This document shows positions 36,722 to 44,937 of a DNA stretch of 64,000 bases, in pieces (position 1 is the first letter of the stretch; each line of letters starts with the position of its first letter). A program made the position numbers and the translations under genes. The notes beneath the pieces are model-generated. The model had not been told where the DNA came from. It did no database searches and saw only the letters and a list, made by a program, of their open reading frames with translations. The stretch is from Pirellulales bacterium. Lineage in GTDB: Bacteria; Planctomycetota; Planctomycetia; Pirellulales; JAICIG01. The stretch spans positions 4,414 to 68,413 of the forward strand of contig DATKSN010000233.1 of the NCBI GenBank assembly GCA_035531595.1, read 5' to 3'.

Positions 36722-37450
36722 ATGCTGGAAACCCTCAACTTGGAAACGGCTCAGCCTGTTCCGACGCTTACGGTCAGCGGATTGCCGTGGTATGTCCTGC
36801 GGCAGATCGCCCGGGAGCGCGATCAAAGTTCGGCGCGGCAAGGACCGCGGTTGGGTCCGTACATCGTGGTCTCACGTCACATGGGCGCCGGCGGGGACGA
36901 AATGGCCGAGCTGTTGGGAGGCCAGTTCGGCTGGCCGGTGTTGGACAAGCAACTGGTCGACCTGATGGCCGAGCGGTTTCACGTCGATCACGACGTCGTG
37001 GAAATGCTCGACGAAAACAAGAGCAGCACGCTCTACGAGGCGCTGGGGCACTTCGTCAACCATCGTCTGATCAGCCAACAGACCTACGTGTGCTACCTGC
37101 GGCGAATCGTCGCCTCGGTGGTGGCCGCCGGCCCGGCGGTGTTCGTCGGTCGCGGGGTGCAGTTCTTCCTGCCGCGGCGGCATGGGCTTGCGGTGCGCGT
37201 CGTGGCGGACGAACGCGACCGGATCGACCGGATCTCGCGGCGATATGGCCTGTCGAAAACCGAAGCCAAGCGGATCATGATCGAGACGCACGACCGCTGG
37301 TCCGCTTTCGTCCGCTGTTATTTCCACAAGGATCTCGACGACCCGGCGAACTACGACCTGGTGGTGAATACCTCGCGGCTGGGTGTCGAGGCCGCCGCCG
37401 AGTTGGTCGTGGCGACCTTCCGCTCGCGCCACATTGACGCGCCGGGCTAG
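36722..37450 (+). CDS. Cytidylate-kinase-like family protein
   Basis: IVVSRHMGAGGDEMAELLGGQFGWPVLDKQLV resembles the PF13189-type N-terminus. Confidence 0.7.
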   Translation: MLETLNLETAQPVPTLTVSGLPWYVLRQIARERDQSSARQGPRLGPYIVVSRHMGAGGDEMAELLGGQFGWPVLDKQLVDLMAERFHVDHDVVEMLDENKSSTLYEALGHFVNHRLISQQTYVCYLRRIVASVVAAGPAVFVGRGVQFFLPRRHGLAVRVVADERDRIDRISRRYGLSKTEAKRIMIETHDRWSAFVRCYFHKDLDDPANYDLVVNTSRLGVEAAAELVVATFRSRHIDAPG

Positions 37451-38286
37451 CCCGGTCCCTGCAAACTTTCGGCCAGTTTGGCGAGCGCTTCGGTTTCGAT
37501 CTGGCGCACGCGCTCGCGCGTGAGTCCGAGTTGTTCGCCGATTTCCTTGAGCGTGCGCGGTTCGTTGTCGGACAAGCCGAAGCGCAGACGCAGGATCGTG
37601 GCCTCGCGCGGGTCCATCGTCTCCAGCATCCGCATCACATGGCTCATGTCGTCCCCCTCGAGCATTTCGTCTTCGGGGCTTTTGGCGCGGTCGTCCATGA
37701 TCATTTCGCCCAGCGACCAGCCCGCCTCGGCCTGGTCGGTTTGCGGCGCCGAGTTGTAGATCCGAATCGCCTTCTTGATGATCGGCAGCTTCTTCCGCGG
37801 CAGACCGAGCACGCGCGCGATTTCCTCGGGCGTGGGCGTGCGGCCCAATTCCTCCGTCAGACGCACGGTCGCCCGCCGCCATTTGCTGAGCAGCTCCACC
37901 ATGTAGGCCGGAATGCGGATCGTTTTGGCCGTGTTGATCAGCGCCCGCTTGATCGACTGCTTGATCCAGTAGCTGGCATAGGTGGAAAATCGCGTCCCCA
38001 TCGCCGGGTCGAAGCCCTCGACCGCGCGCAGCAGGCCGAGGTTTCCCTCCTCGATCAGGTCTTGCAGGGCCAGCCCCTTGCCGGTGTAGCCGCGGGCGAT
38101 GTTGACCACCAGCCGCAGATTGGCGCGGACCATGCGGTCGCGGGCTTCGATGTTTCCCTGGCCGATCGCAACGGCCAGGTCTTGCTCGTCACGGGCCGAG
38201 AGCAGCGAGGTTTCGTTGATTTCCCGCAGATAGGTTTCCAAGGGCGATTGGACCGCGGATCTCGTTCGGCGTCGTGTTTTCGGCAT
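37447..38286 (-). CDS. RNA polymerase sigma-70 family factor (RpoD/SigA-like, regions 1.2-4)
   Basis: Start at ATG 38286. Motifs: YLREI, NLRLVVNIARGY, DLIEEGNLGLLRAVEGFD, FSTYASYWIKQSI, TLKEIGEQLGLTRERVRQIE. Confidence 0.9.
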   Translation of the reverse strand: MPKTRRRTRSAVQSPLETYLREINETSLLSARDEQDLAVAIGQGNIEARDRMVRANLRLVVNIARGYTGKGLALQDLIEEGNLGLLRAVEGFDPAMGTRFSTYASYWIKQSIKRALINTAKTIRIPAYMVELLSKWRRATVRLTEELGRTPTPEEIARVLGLPRKKLPIIKKAIRIYNSAPQTDQAEAGWSLGEMIMDDRAKSPEDEMLEGDDMSHVMRMLETMDPREATILRLRFGLSDNEPRTLKEIGEQLGLTRERVRQIETEALAKLAESLQGPG

Positions 38287-38716
38287 CGGGCTAACCAACC
38301 GCTGGAGCGTGAGGGCGGGGATGAACCACGACAACTATCGTCGCCCGCCGCGGCCTTTCTACAACCAACGGACCCGGCGACAAGCTGGGCCGGATGTAAG
38401 CCGCCTTCGGGGGTTGCCGGTAACAACGGCCGGCCGTTGTGGCGCGGGCGGCCCACCATTGTCTAAGCCGCGGGCGGCGCCGATCCTGCCAGCTTTGTGG
38501 CGCAGGCGTCGAAAACAACGATTGAGCGGGTCGTTGATGGTAAAAAATCCCCCCGGAGACCGCCGCGCGTCGCAAGAGTGACGAGGTGGGACAAAAACGC
38601 GAAAGGAGGGTTGATGTGGGGAGAACGCGGGGTGGGTGGTCGTGCCGCGGGATGGCCGTACCGCCCGTTCTTCTTCTACCTTTCCCTTGATTCGCACGGG
38701 GTCTCCGGAGGTGTTT

Positions 38717-39610
38717 TCAACAACTCAATTCAATCGCCACGATGGCGAGCTTGTGTTCGTCGGCGAAACGGATCATTTCGTCGGAGTCGACGATGATCGT
38801 CCGCCCGGCCTCGACGGCCAGGCACGCGGCGCCCGCCTCGACCATCGTTTCGAGCGTGCCCAGGCCAATGGTTGGTACGTCGAACCGCATGTCCTGCCGC
38901 GGCTTGGCCACCTTGACCACGGTGAAGCCACCCGCGCGGCAAAGCTGGCCTGCCCGCCGGATGCACTGGTCGGTGCCTTCGATCGCCTCGACCGCCAACG
39001 CCGTGCCGCCCATCACGGCCACGCTTTGGCCCACGTCGAGCCGGCCCAGTTCCTTGGCCAACTGCCAACCGAATTCGATGTCGTCGCGTTGCGCCGCGGA
39101 TGGGCCGCGCCGCGTGAGCGGTCCTCGTCGCACCAGCAACTCCGGGGCGAAATCGGTGGCCGGGACCATCTCGATGCCGTTGACGGCGAACGCCTCGACC
39201 ACGGCCAGAAGCAACGTATCGTCGCGGCGGTCGCGGCGGTTGAGCACGAAGTGCTTGAAAAACCGTCGCGCCGTCGGCCAATCGGGAAAGTGCTTGATCC
39301 AGAACCACGACTCGAACAACCTCAGCTTATGGATCTTGCCGGCCATCGTGGCCCGCCGCACGCCGTGCCGCTTGAAGAAGCGAATCGCGCGGTTCAGCTT
39401 GCCCAACCCCATCCACTCGAACTCGTCGCAAACGGCGGCCAACGCCGGGTCGGCATGCCCCTTGACCCCCATGCAATACGTCTGGCCTCCCTGACGACGC
39501 AGCGCCTCGGCGACGACGAAAGGGTATCGGCCCCAACCGGCCACTAGGCCAATCCGCGTCGGGGCCGACTTGGCGTCGTGGTTTCGAGTTGTCAGCACGT
39601 CGCTCGCCAT
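38717..39610 (-). CDS. lpxI: UDP-2,3-diacylglucosamine diphosphatase LpxI (DUF1009)
   Basis: IGLVAGWGRYP, DVGQSVAV, AVEAIEGTDQCIRRAG, VVKVAKPRQDMRFDVPTIG. Confidence 0.8.
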   Translation of the reverse strand: MASDVLTTRNHDAKSAPTRIGLVAGWGRYPFVVAEALRRQGGQTYCMGVKGHADPALAAVCDEFEWMGLGKLNRAIRFFKRHGVRRATMAGKIHKLRLFESWFWIKHFPDWPTARRFFKHFVLNRRDRRDDTLLLAVVEAFAVNGIEMVPATDFAPELLVRRGPLTRRGPSAAQRDDIEFGWQLAKELGRLDVGQSVAVMGGTALAVEAIEGTDQCIRRAGQLCRAGGFTVVKVAKPRQDMRFDVPTIGLGTLETMVEAGAACLAVEAGRTIIVDSDEMIRFADEHKLAIVAIELSC

Positions 39611-39611
39611 C

Positions 39612-39688
39612 GAGGTTAGAGGTTAGAGGTTAGAGGTTAGAGGTTAGAGGTTAGAGGTTAGAGGTTAGAGGTTAGAGGTTAGAGGTTA
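39612..39688 (+). repeat. Heptamer tandem repeat (gaggtta) x11
   Basis: Eleven perfect units counted from 39612. The array ends 1 nt from the lpxI start codon. Confidence 0.95.
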
Positions 39689-39721
39689 GGTTTTGAATCC
39701 TAACCTCTAACCTCTAACCTC
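39668..39721. repeat. Perfect 23-bp-stem hairpin formed by the last 3 heptamers and 3 inverted units
   Basis: gaggttagaggttagaggttagg - ttttgaat - cctaacctctaacctctaacctc. It is followed on the plus strand by tgctgttttt. Confidence 0.9.
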
Positions 39722-39763
39722 TGCTGTTTTTCTTCGCGCCGTTTGATTGCCCCGCTCAACTCA

Positions 39764-40819
39764 TCATGCCGCCGCATTGCGTCCACTCTTGCCGGCCTGC
39801 GCTTCGAGCCGCGCCACGGCGGCGCGCAGGGCCTTGAATTCCCGCCGCATGTCGGGCAGTTTGGCGACCGCGGCGAAGATCCGCTTCTGCTCTCGCTCGG
39901 GACGGGCGGGGGTGCCAAGCACGAAGCTGTCGGCGGCCACGTCGTTGGGCACGCCCGCCTGCCCTCCCAACACGGCGCGGTCGCCGATGTGAACGTGGTC
40001 ACGCACACCCACCTGGCCGGCCATCGTCACGTAGTCGCCCGTCGTGGTGCTGCCCGCGATGGCGACTTGCGAGCAGATCAGGTTGTGCCGCCCCAGACGA
40101 CAGTTGTGGGCGATCATCACCAGGTTGTCGATTTTGGTTCCCTCGCCGATCACCGTGGCACCGTAGGTGCCGCGGTCGACCGTGGTGCCGGCGCCGATCT
40201 CGACGTCGGCGCCGATCTCGACGTGGCCAAGTTGGGCCGAGAGTTGGTGCCGGCCCGCGACCAGCGTGTAGCCGAAGCCGAAGCCGCCCAGTACCACGTT
40301 GGCGTGGATCGTCGAGCGCGGGCCGACAACCGTGTTCTCGTAAAGCACCGCGTTCGAGAAAATCGTCACCTGTTCGCCCAGCTTACACCCCGCCATCACA
40401 TGCGCGCCGGCGTGGATCGTCGAACCGGCGCCGATTTCGACGTCGTCGCCGATCGTCGCGCCGGGGTACACGTCGACGTCGACGCCGAGCCGGGCCGACG
40501 GGCGGAGCACCGCCCGCGGACTGACACCAACGCGGCGGACCTCGCGGGGCGGGCGAAAATGGCGCACGATCGCGGCGAACGCCGCCGCGACGTCATCGAC
40601 CTGAATCGCCGCAAGTCCGTCGGGCGCCAGGCTACGGGGCACGACCACGGCCGAAGCGGCTGTTTGGCCCAGCCGCTGGGCCTTGTCGGCCGAATTGATG
40701 AAGGTGATCTCGCCCGGCCGCGCGTCCGACAAGGTGGCCGCGCCGGTAATCGCCAGGCCGCCGTCGCCCAGCGCGGCGCCGCCCACCCATTTCGCCAGTT
40801 CGGCCAGACTGACTGCCAT
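39764..40819 (-). CDS. lpxD: UDP-3-O-acylglucosamine N-acyltransferase
   Basis: Left-handed beta-helix hexapeptide repeats (IGDDVEIGAGSTIHAGAHV...). The N-terminus MAVSLAELAKWVGGA is typical of LpxD. Confidence 0.9.
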   Translation of the reverse strand: MAVSLAELAKWVGGAALGDGGLAITGAATLSDARPGEITFINSADKAQRLGQTAASAVVVPRSLAPDGLAAIQVDDVAAAFAAIVRHFRPPREVRRVGVSPRAVLRPSARLGVDVDVYPGATIGDDVEIGAGSTIHAGAHVMAGCKLGEQVTIFSNAVLYENTVVGPRSTIHANVVLGGFGFGYTLVAGRHQLSAQLGHVEIGADVEIGAGTTVDRGTYGATVIGEGTKIDNLVMIAHNCRLGRHNLICSQVAIAGSTTTGDYVTMAGQVGVRDHVHIGDRAVLGGQAGVPNDVAADSFVLGTPARPEREQKRIFAAVAKLPDMRREFKALRAAVARLEAQAGKSGRNAAA

Positions 40820-40904
40820 TTCCAGGAATCCTTTCCGTTACGCGCCGCGATTCAGGCGACCGCTTTTGACGGTTCCGCCCGGCGATGTCTCAAGTGGTGA
40901 ATGC

Positions 40905-41060
40905 TATACTTCACGCGGCCATCAATGTGACATTTTGCCTCGAGAAAGTGGTGGCTGGTGGCAGAGCGTAAGCGATGCCCCGGCTAGATAGCGACCGAGG
41001 CATCGCTTACGCTCTGCCCCAGCCACCGTGAATGTCTCATTCCCGGCCGCGTGGAGTATA
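40905..41060 (-). repeat. Palindromic element family PAL, copy c (full length, about 156 bp)
   Basis: Outer inverted repeat tatacttcacgcggcc / ggccgcgtggagtata, and inner core gtggctggtggcagagcgtaagcgatgccccgg / ccgaggcatcgcttacgctctgccccagccac. Confidence 0.85.
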
Positions 41061-41315
41061 ACCATTCCGGGAGATGACGGCAAGATCAAGCTGGGGTGCC
41101 GCCGCTTACGCGGCTTGCTCAGACGTCGTGGGGATGTCGAAGATCGCGTTTCTCCGCGCCTCCGCCGCCCGTTCGCTTACGCGCATACCCGCGGATGACC
41201 CTTGATCGCATTGGCGATCGTCGATCAATCGGGTAGAATAACTGATGAGATTCCGTGCCAAGGGCTTTCGGCGGGTAAGGTCTGAATCGCTATCGAACCT
41301 GCCGCCGGCGAGGAG

Positions 41316-42689
41316 ATGACCGTGTTCAATACCGCCAGGGGTCTGTCGCGCCGCAAGATGCTGGCAACTGCGGCGGGCATGTACGGTATCTCCCTGCCCA
41401 ACTTCCTGCAGTTGCAATCGTTGGCGGCGACGCGAAACGCGACACTTGCCGGCAAAGCGAAATCCTGCATCATTCTTTATTGCTGGGGCGGGATGAGCCA
41501 TCTCGAAACATGGGATCCGAAACCGGAGGCGCCGGCCGAGGTGCGCGGCGAGTTTTCCCCGATTCAAACGGCGACCCCAGGCATCCACATCAGCGAACAC
41601 ATGCCGCTGTTGGCCCGGCAAACGGAAAAACTGGCCATTATCCGTTCCATCCATCACGACGATTCGGCGCACGGCCGGGGCATGTATTGGAACATCACCG
41701 GGCACAAACCGCCGCGTGCCGGAAACATTCCCCCCGAGTCGAGCGATTGGCCTTCGCTGGCCGCGATGGTTTCCAAATTCCGCTCGGCGCCGCGCGGCGT
41801 GCCGACCGCCGTTCGTTTGCCGTACCCGATGGTCGATAACGGCACGCTGCAAGCGGGTGAATACGGCGGATGGCTGGGGGTCAAATATGACCCGATCGTC
41901 CTGCGCACCCCCAGCGGCGAACCCTACGGCGGCGTTTCCAGAACGCTCGGCTCGGAAGTCCTCAAGCTGGGCGACGTCGACGGCCAGCGCGTCATGTCAC
42001 GAAGCCGTCTGCTGGCTTCGTTGGAAAAACCGATCGGCCAGTCCGGCGATTTCGAGAACTACAGCCACTTCCGCGACCTGGCGCAAGGAATTCTGTTCGG
42101 TTCGGCGATCAAAGACGCCTACGACCTGGACAAGGAAGATGCGAAAGTCCGCGATTCGTACGGGAACCACCTCGGGGGTCAAAGTATGCTCCTGGCGCGT
42201 CGCCTGACGGAGGCCGGCGTGCCGGTCGTTCAAGTCTTGTGCTCGGCGGGCGATCTCAACGGCGGCGCGGGCGACATGTGGGACACGCACAGCGACAACT
42301 TCAATCGGCTCAAGACGCGACTGCTGCCCGTTTTCGACCGCGGAACTTCCGCCTTGCTGCAAGACCTGGCCGATCGCGGAACACTGGACGAAACGCTGGT
42401 CGTCGTGCTTACCGATTTCGGCCGTACTCCGCGTATCAACGGCGCCGCGGGGCGCGACCATTATCCGAACGTCTACTCGGTCGCGCTCGCCGGAGGCGGC
42501 ATTCGGGGCGGACAAGTCCACGGCGGCAGCGACGGCCACGGGGCCTTTCCCAGAACTCAGCCCTGCGGCCCTCCCGACATCCATGCCACGATTTTCCATT
42601 CGTTGGGCATTGATCCCAGAGCCCAGATTCGCGACATGCTCGGTCGACCATTCCCCGTCAGCGACGGCGAAGTCCTGCCGCTCATGTGA
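41316..42689 (+). CDS. DUF1501-family (sulfatase-fold) protein with Tat-type signal
   Basis: N-terminus LSRRKMLATAAG. Motifs: CIILYCWGGMSHLETWDPKP and VVVLTDFGRTPRIN...GRDHYP. Confidence 0.85.
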   Translation: MTVFNTARGLSRRKMLATAAGMYGISLPNFLQLQSLAATRNATLAGKAKSCIILYCWGGMSHLETWDPKPEAPAEVRGEFSPIQTATPGIHISEHMPLLARQTEKLAIIRSIHHDDSAHGRGMYWNITGHKPPRAGNIPPESSDWPSLAAMVSKFRSAPRGVPTAVRLPYPMVDNGTLQAGEYGGWLGVKYDPIVLRTPSGEPYGGVSRTLGSEVLKLGDVDGQRVMSRSRLLASLEKPIGQSGDFENYSHFRDLAQGILFGSAIKDAYDLDKEDAKVRDSYGNHLGGQSMLLARRLTEAGVPVVQVLCSAGDLNGGAGDMWDTHSDNFNRLKTRLLPVFDRGTSALLQDLADRGTLDETLVVVLTDFGRTPRINGAAGRDHYPNVYSVALAGGGIRGGQVHGGSDGHGAFPRTQPCGPPDIHATIFHSLGIDPRAQIRDMLGRPFPVSDGEVLPLM

Positions 42690-42881
42690 CGCGACTGGGG
42701 AGTGAGCAACGGCGCCGCATCATCGAGTGATCTGCCACGCGGGTCCGCGCCAATACGCCACGTACCATTCGAGCGGCCCATCGAGCGGCGTCGCGCGGTA
42801 GAGCCAGTCTGGCTTGCCCGGTGGAGCCTCGTCTCGATTGCCGCCCTTGACGCCGCGGGCGAACCAGCCCTAGGATGCACC

Positions 42882-43277
42882 ATGAATGGTCGATCCACCC
42901 CTTCTCTGACTGAGCTTGGCATGTCCACTGACGCAGGATCATCACCCAGCGCCGCCGCCGACGTCCCGCCGGTTGCCGTCCCGCAAACCATGAGCATCGA
43001 CGATTCAAACATGATCGCGTCGTACTCGAATTTCTGCCGCGTGACGGGCACGCCGGAGGAATTGATCGTCGACTTCGGCACGAATCCCAGCCCGTTCGAG
43101 TACACGCCCGAGCCGGTCGTGGTCACCCAGCGGATCGTCACGAACTTTTTTACCGCCAAGCGGATGCTTCATGCCTTGCAGTTGACGCTCGACCGGCATG
43201 AAGCCGCCTTCGGCGTGATCGAGCCCGACGTGCAACGCCGGGCGATGGACGCGCAGCACCCGCAGGCGCACCGCTGA
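42882..43277 (+). CDS. DUF3467-family protein
   Basis: Start at ATG 42882. YSNFCRVTGTPEELIVDFG...VVVTQRIVTNFFTAKRMLHALQLTLDRHEAAFGVI. Confidence 0.6.
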   Translation: MNGRSTPSLTELGMSTDAGSSPSAAADVPPVAVPQTMSIDDSNMIASYSNFCRVTGTPEELIVDFGTNPSPFEYTPEPVVVTQRIVTNFFTAKRMLHALQLTLDRHEAAFGVIEPDVQRRAMDAQHPQAHR

Positions 43278-43329
43278 TTGCCGAGCGGGTCGGTAACTCT
43301 AGATCTAGACCCAGATATCCGACGTGCCG

Positions 43330-44802
43330 TCATCCGAGCTTGACCGTGACCGTTTTCAATTCCGTGTAGTGCTGCAGGGCGGCCTCGCCGTTTTCGCGGC
43401 CCTGGCCCGACATCTTGAAGCCACCAAACGGCGTCGTGGTGTCGACGACATGATAACAGTTCACCCAAACCGTCCCGGCTTTGACGCGCTGCGCGAAAAG
43501 GTGCGCTTTGTCGATATTCTTGGTCCAGATCGCGGCCGCCAGGCCATATTGAGTCCGGTTGGCGCGATCGACGACCTCGTCCACCCCCTCAAATGGCAAG
43601 ACGCTGACCACCGGCCCGAAGATCTCGTCCTTGGCGATCGCCATCTCGTCACGCACGTCGTCGAAGATCGTCGGCTCGATGAAGAAGCCACGCCCGCCGA
43701 CGCGGTGGCCGCCGGTCAGCAGCTTGGCCCCCTGTTTCCGGCCCAGGTCGACGTAGCCGAGAATCTTGTCCATCTGTTCCTGCGACACCTGCGGACCCTG
43801 TTCGGTGTTCGGGTCGAGCGGGTCGCCGATACGGCGATCTTTCGCCTTGGCGGCCAGGCGCTCGACGAACTCGCGGTGAATCGGAGCCTCGACGAACAGC
43901 CGGCTTCCGGCGGTGCAGCACTGGCCGCCGTGAAAGTAGATCGCGTGGAACGCTCCGGCCACGGCCTCGTCCAGGTCGGCGTCGGCGAAGACCACGTTGG
44001 GACTCTTGCCGCCCAACTCGAACGTAGTCCGCTTGAGCGTTTCGGCCGCGGCCTTCTGAATGATCTTGGCCGTATCGACGTGCCCGGTGAAAGCGATCTT
44101 GTCCACGTCCGGATGCGCGACCAGCGCCGCGCCGGCCGTTTCGCCGAAACCGTTGACGATGTTGATCACGCCCGGCGGGAAACCGGCCTCGATCGCCAAC
44201 TCGGCCAATCGCAGCGCGGTCAGCGGGCTTTGCTCTGCGGGCTTCATGACGACCGTGTTGCCGCATGCCAAGGCCGGACCCCATTTCCAGGCCAGCATCA
44301 ACAGCGGGAAGTTCCAAGGAATGATCTGGCCGACGACGCCGACCGGCTGGCGCAGCGTGTACGATAGAAAGCTTCCGCGGACGGGCACGGTGCGGCCTTC
44401 GATCTTGTCGGCCCAGCCGGCGTAATAGCGGAGCGTGTTCACGACCCCTTGCAGGTCGCCACGCGCATCGCGAATCGTCTTGCCGCAATTCAGCGATTCC
44501 AGCGCGGCCAACTCGTCGGAGTTCTGCTGTGCGAGGTCCGCCAACTGGTACAGCAGCCGTCCCCGCTCGGCCGCGTCGCACTTCGACCAGGGGCCCGATT
44601 CCAGCGCCGCCCGCGCGGCCTTCACCGCGCGGTCGATATCCGGGGCCGTGCCCAAAGCCATTTGGGCGATGTTCTCGCCGGTGGCCGGGTTGATCGCGTC
44701 GAAATGCCCTCCCTCGACGGGGTCAACCCACTGGTTGTCGATCAGAAGCTTCGTCTGGCGGATCTTGGGGACGGTCGTACGTTGGACGAGAGTTTCGTGC
44801 AT
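43330..44802 (-). CDS. NAD(P)-dependent aldehyde dehydrogenase
   Basis: [24 protein letters not shown]-type ([10 protein letters not shown]), PFGGFKMSG. Confidence 0.9.
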   Translation of the reverse strand: MHETLVQRTTVPKIRQTKLLIDNQWVDPVEGGHFDAINPATGENIAQMALGTAPDIDRAVKAARAALESGPWSKCDAAERGRLLYQLADLAQQNSDELAALESLNCGKTIRDARGDLQGVVNTLRYYAGWADKIEGRTVPVRGSFLSYTLRQPVGVVGQIIPWNFPLLMLAWKWGPALACGNTVVMKPAEQSPLTALRLAELAIEAGFPPGVINIVNGFGETAGAALVAHPDVDKIAFTGHVDTAKIIQKAAAETLKRTTFELGGKSPNVVFADADLDEAVAGAFHAIYFHGGQCCTAGSRLFVEAPIHREFVERLAAKAKDRRIGDPLDPNTEQGPQVSQEQMDKILGYVDLGRKQGAKLLTGGHRVGGRGFFIEPTIFDDVRDEMAIAKDEIFGPVVSVLPFEGVDEVVDRANRTQYGLAAAIWTKNIDKAHLFAQRVKAGTVWVNCYHVVDTTTPFGGFKMSGQGRENGEAALQHYTELKTVTVKLG

Positions 44803-44937
44803 GGTCGTCGTTCCTGGCGTAGTGTGATCGGATGTTTTCGTCCGGCGATCCTACCGAAGGCCCCCCACCGGTCGTCATTTCCATCGGACGATAGCGATAG
44901 TCTCGACTTAAGCATTGAGCATGTCAAGGAGCCGCCG

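Noticed and set aside
39612-39722. The heptamer array considered as a CRISPR array.
   Set aside because: The units are 7 nt with no spacers, and there are no cas genes. It is a simple tandem repeat with an inverted arm.
43284-43300. tctagatctaga, a low-GC 12-bp palindrome with two CTAG motifs between the convergent DUF3467 and ALDH genes, considered as a MITE footprint.
   Set aside because: It has no similarity to the MITE termini beyond CTAG. It is too short to separate from chance.
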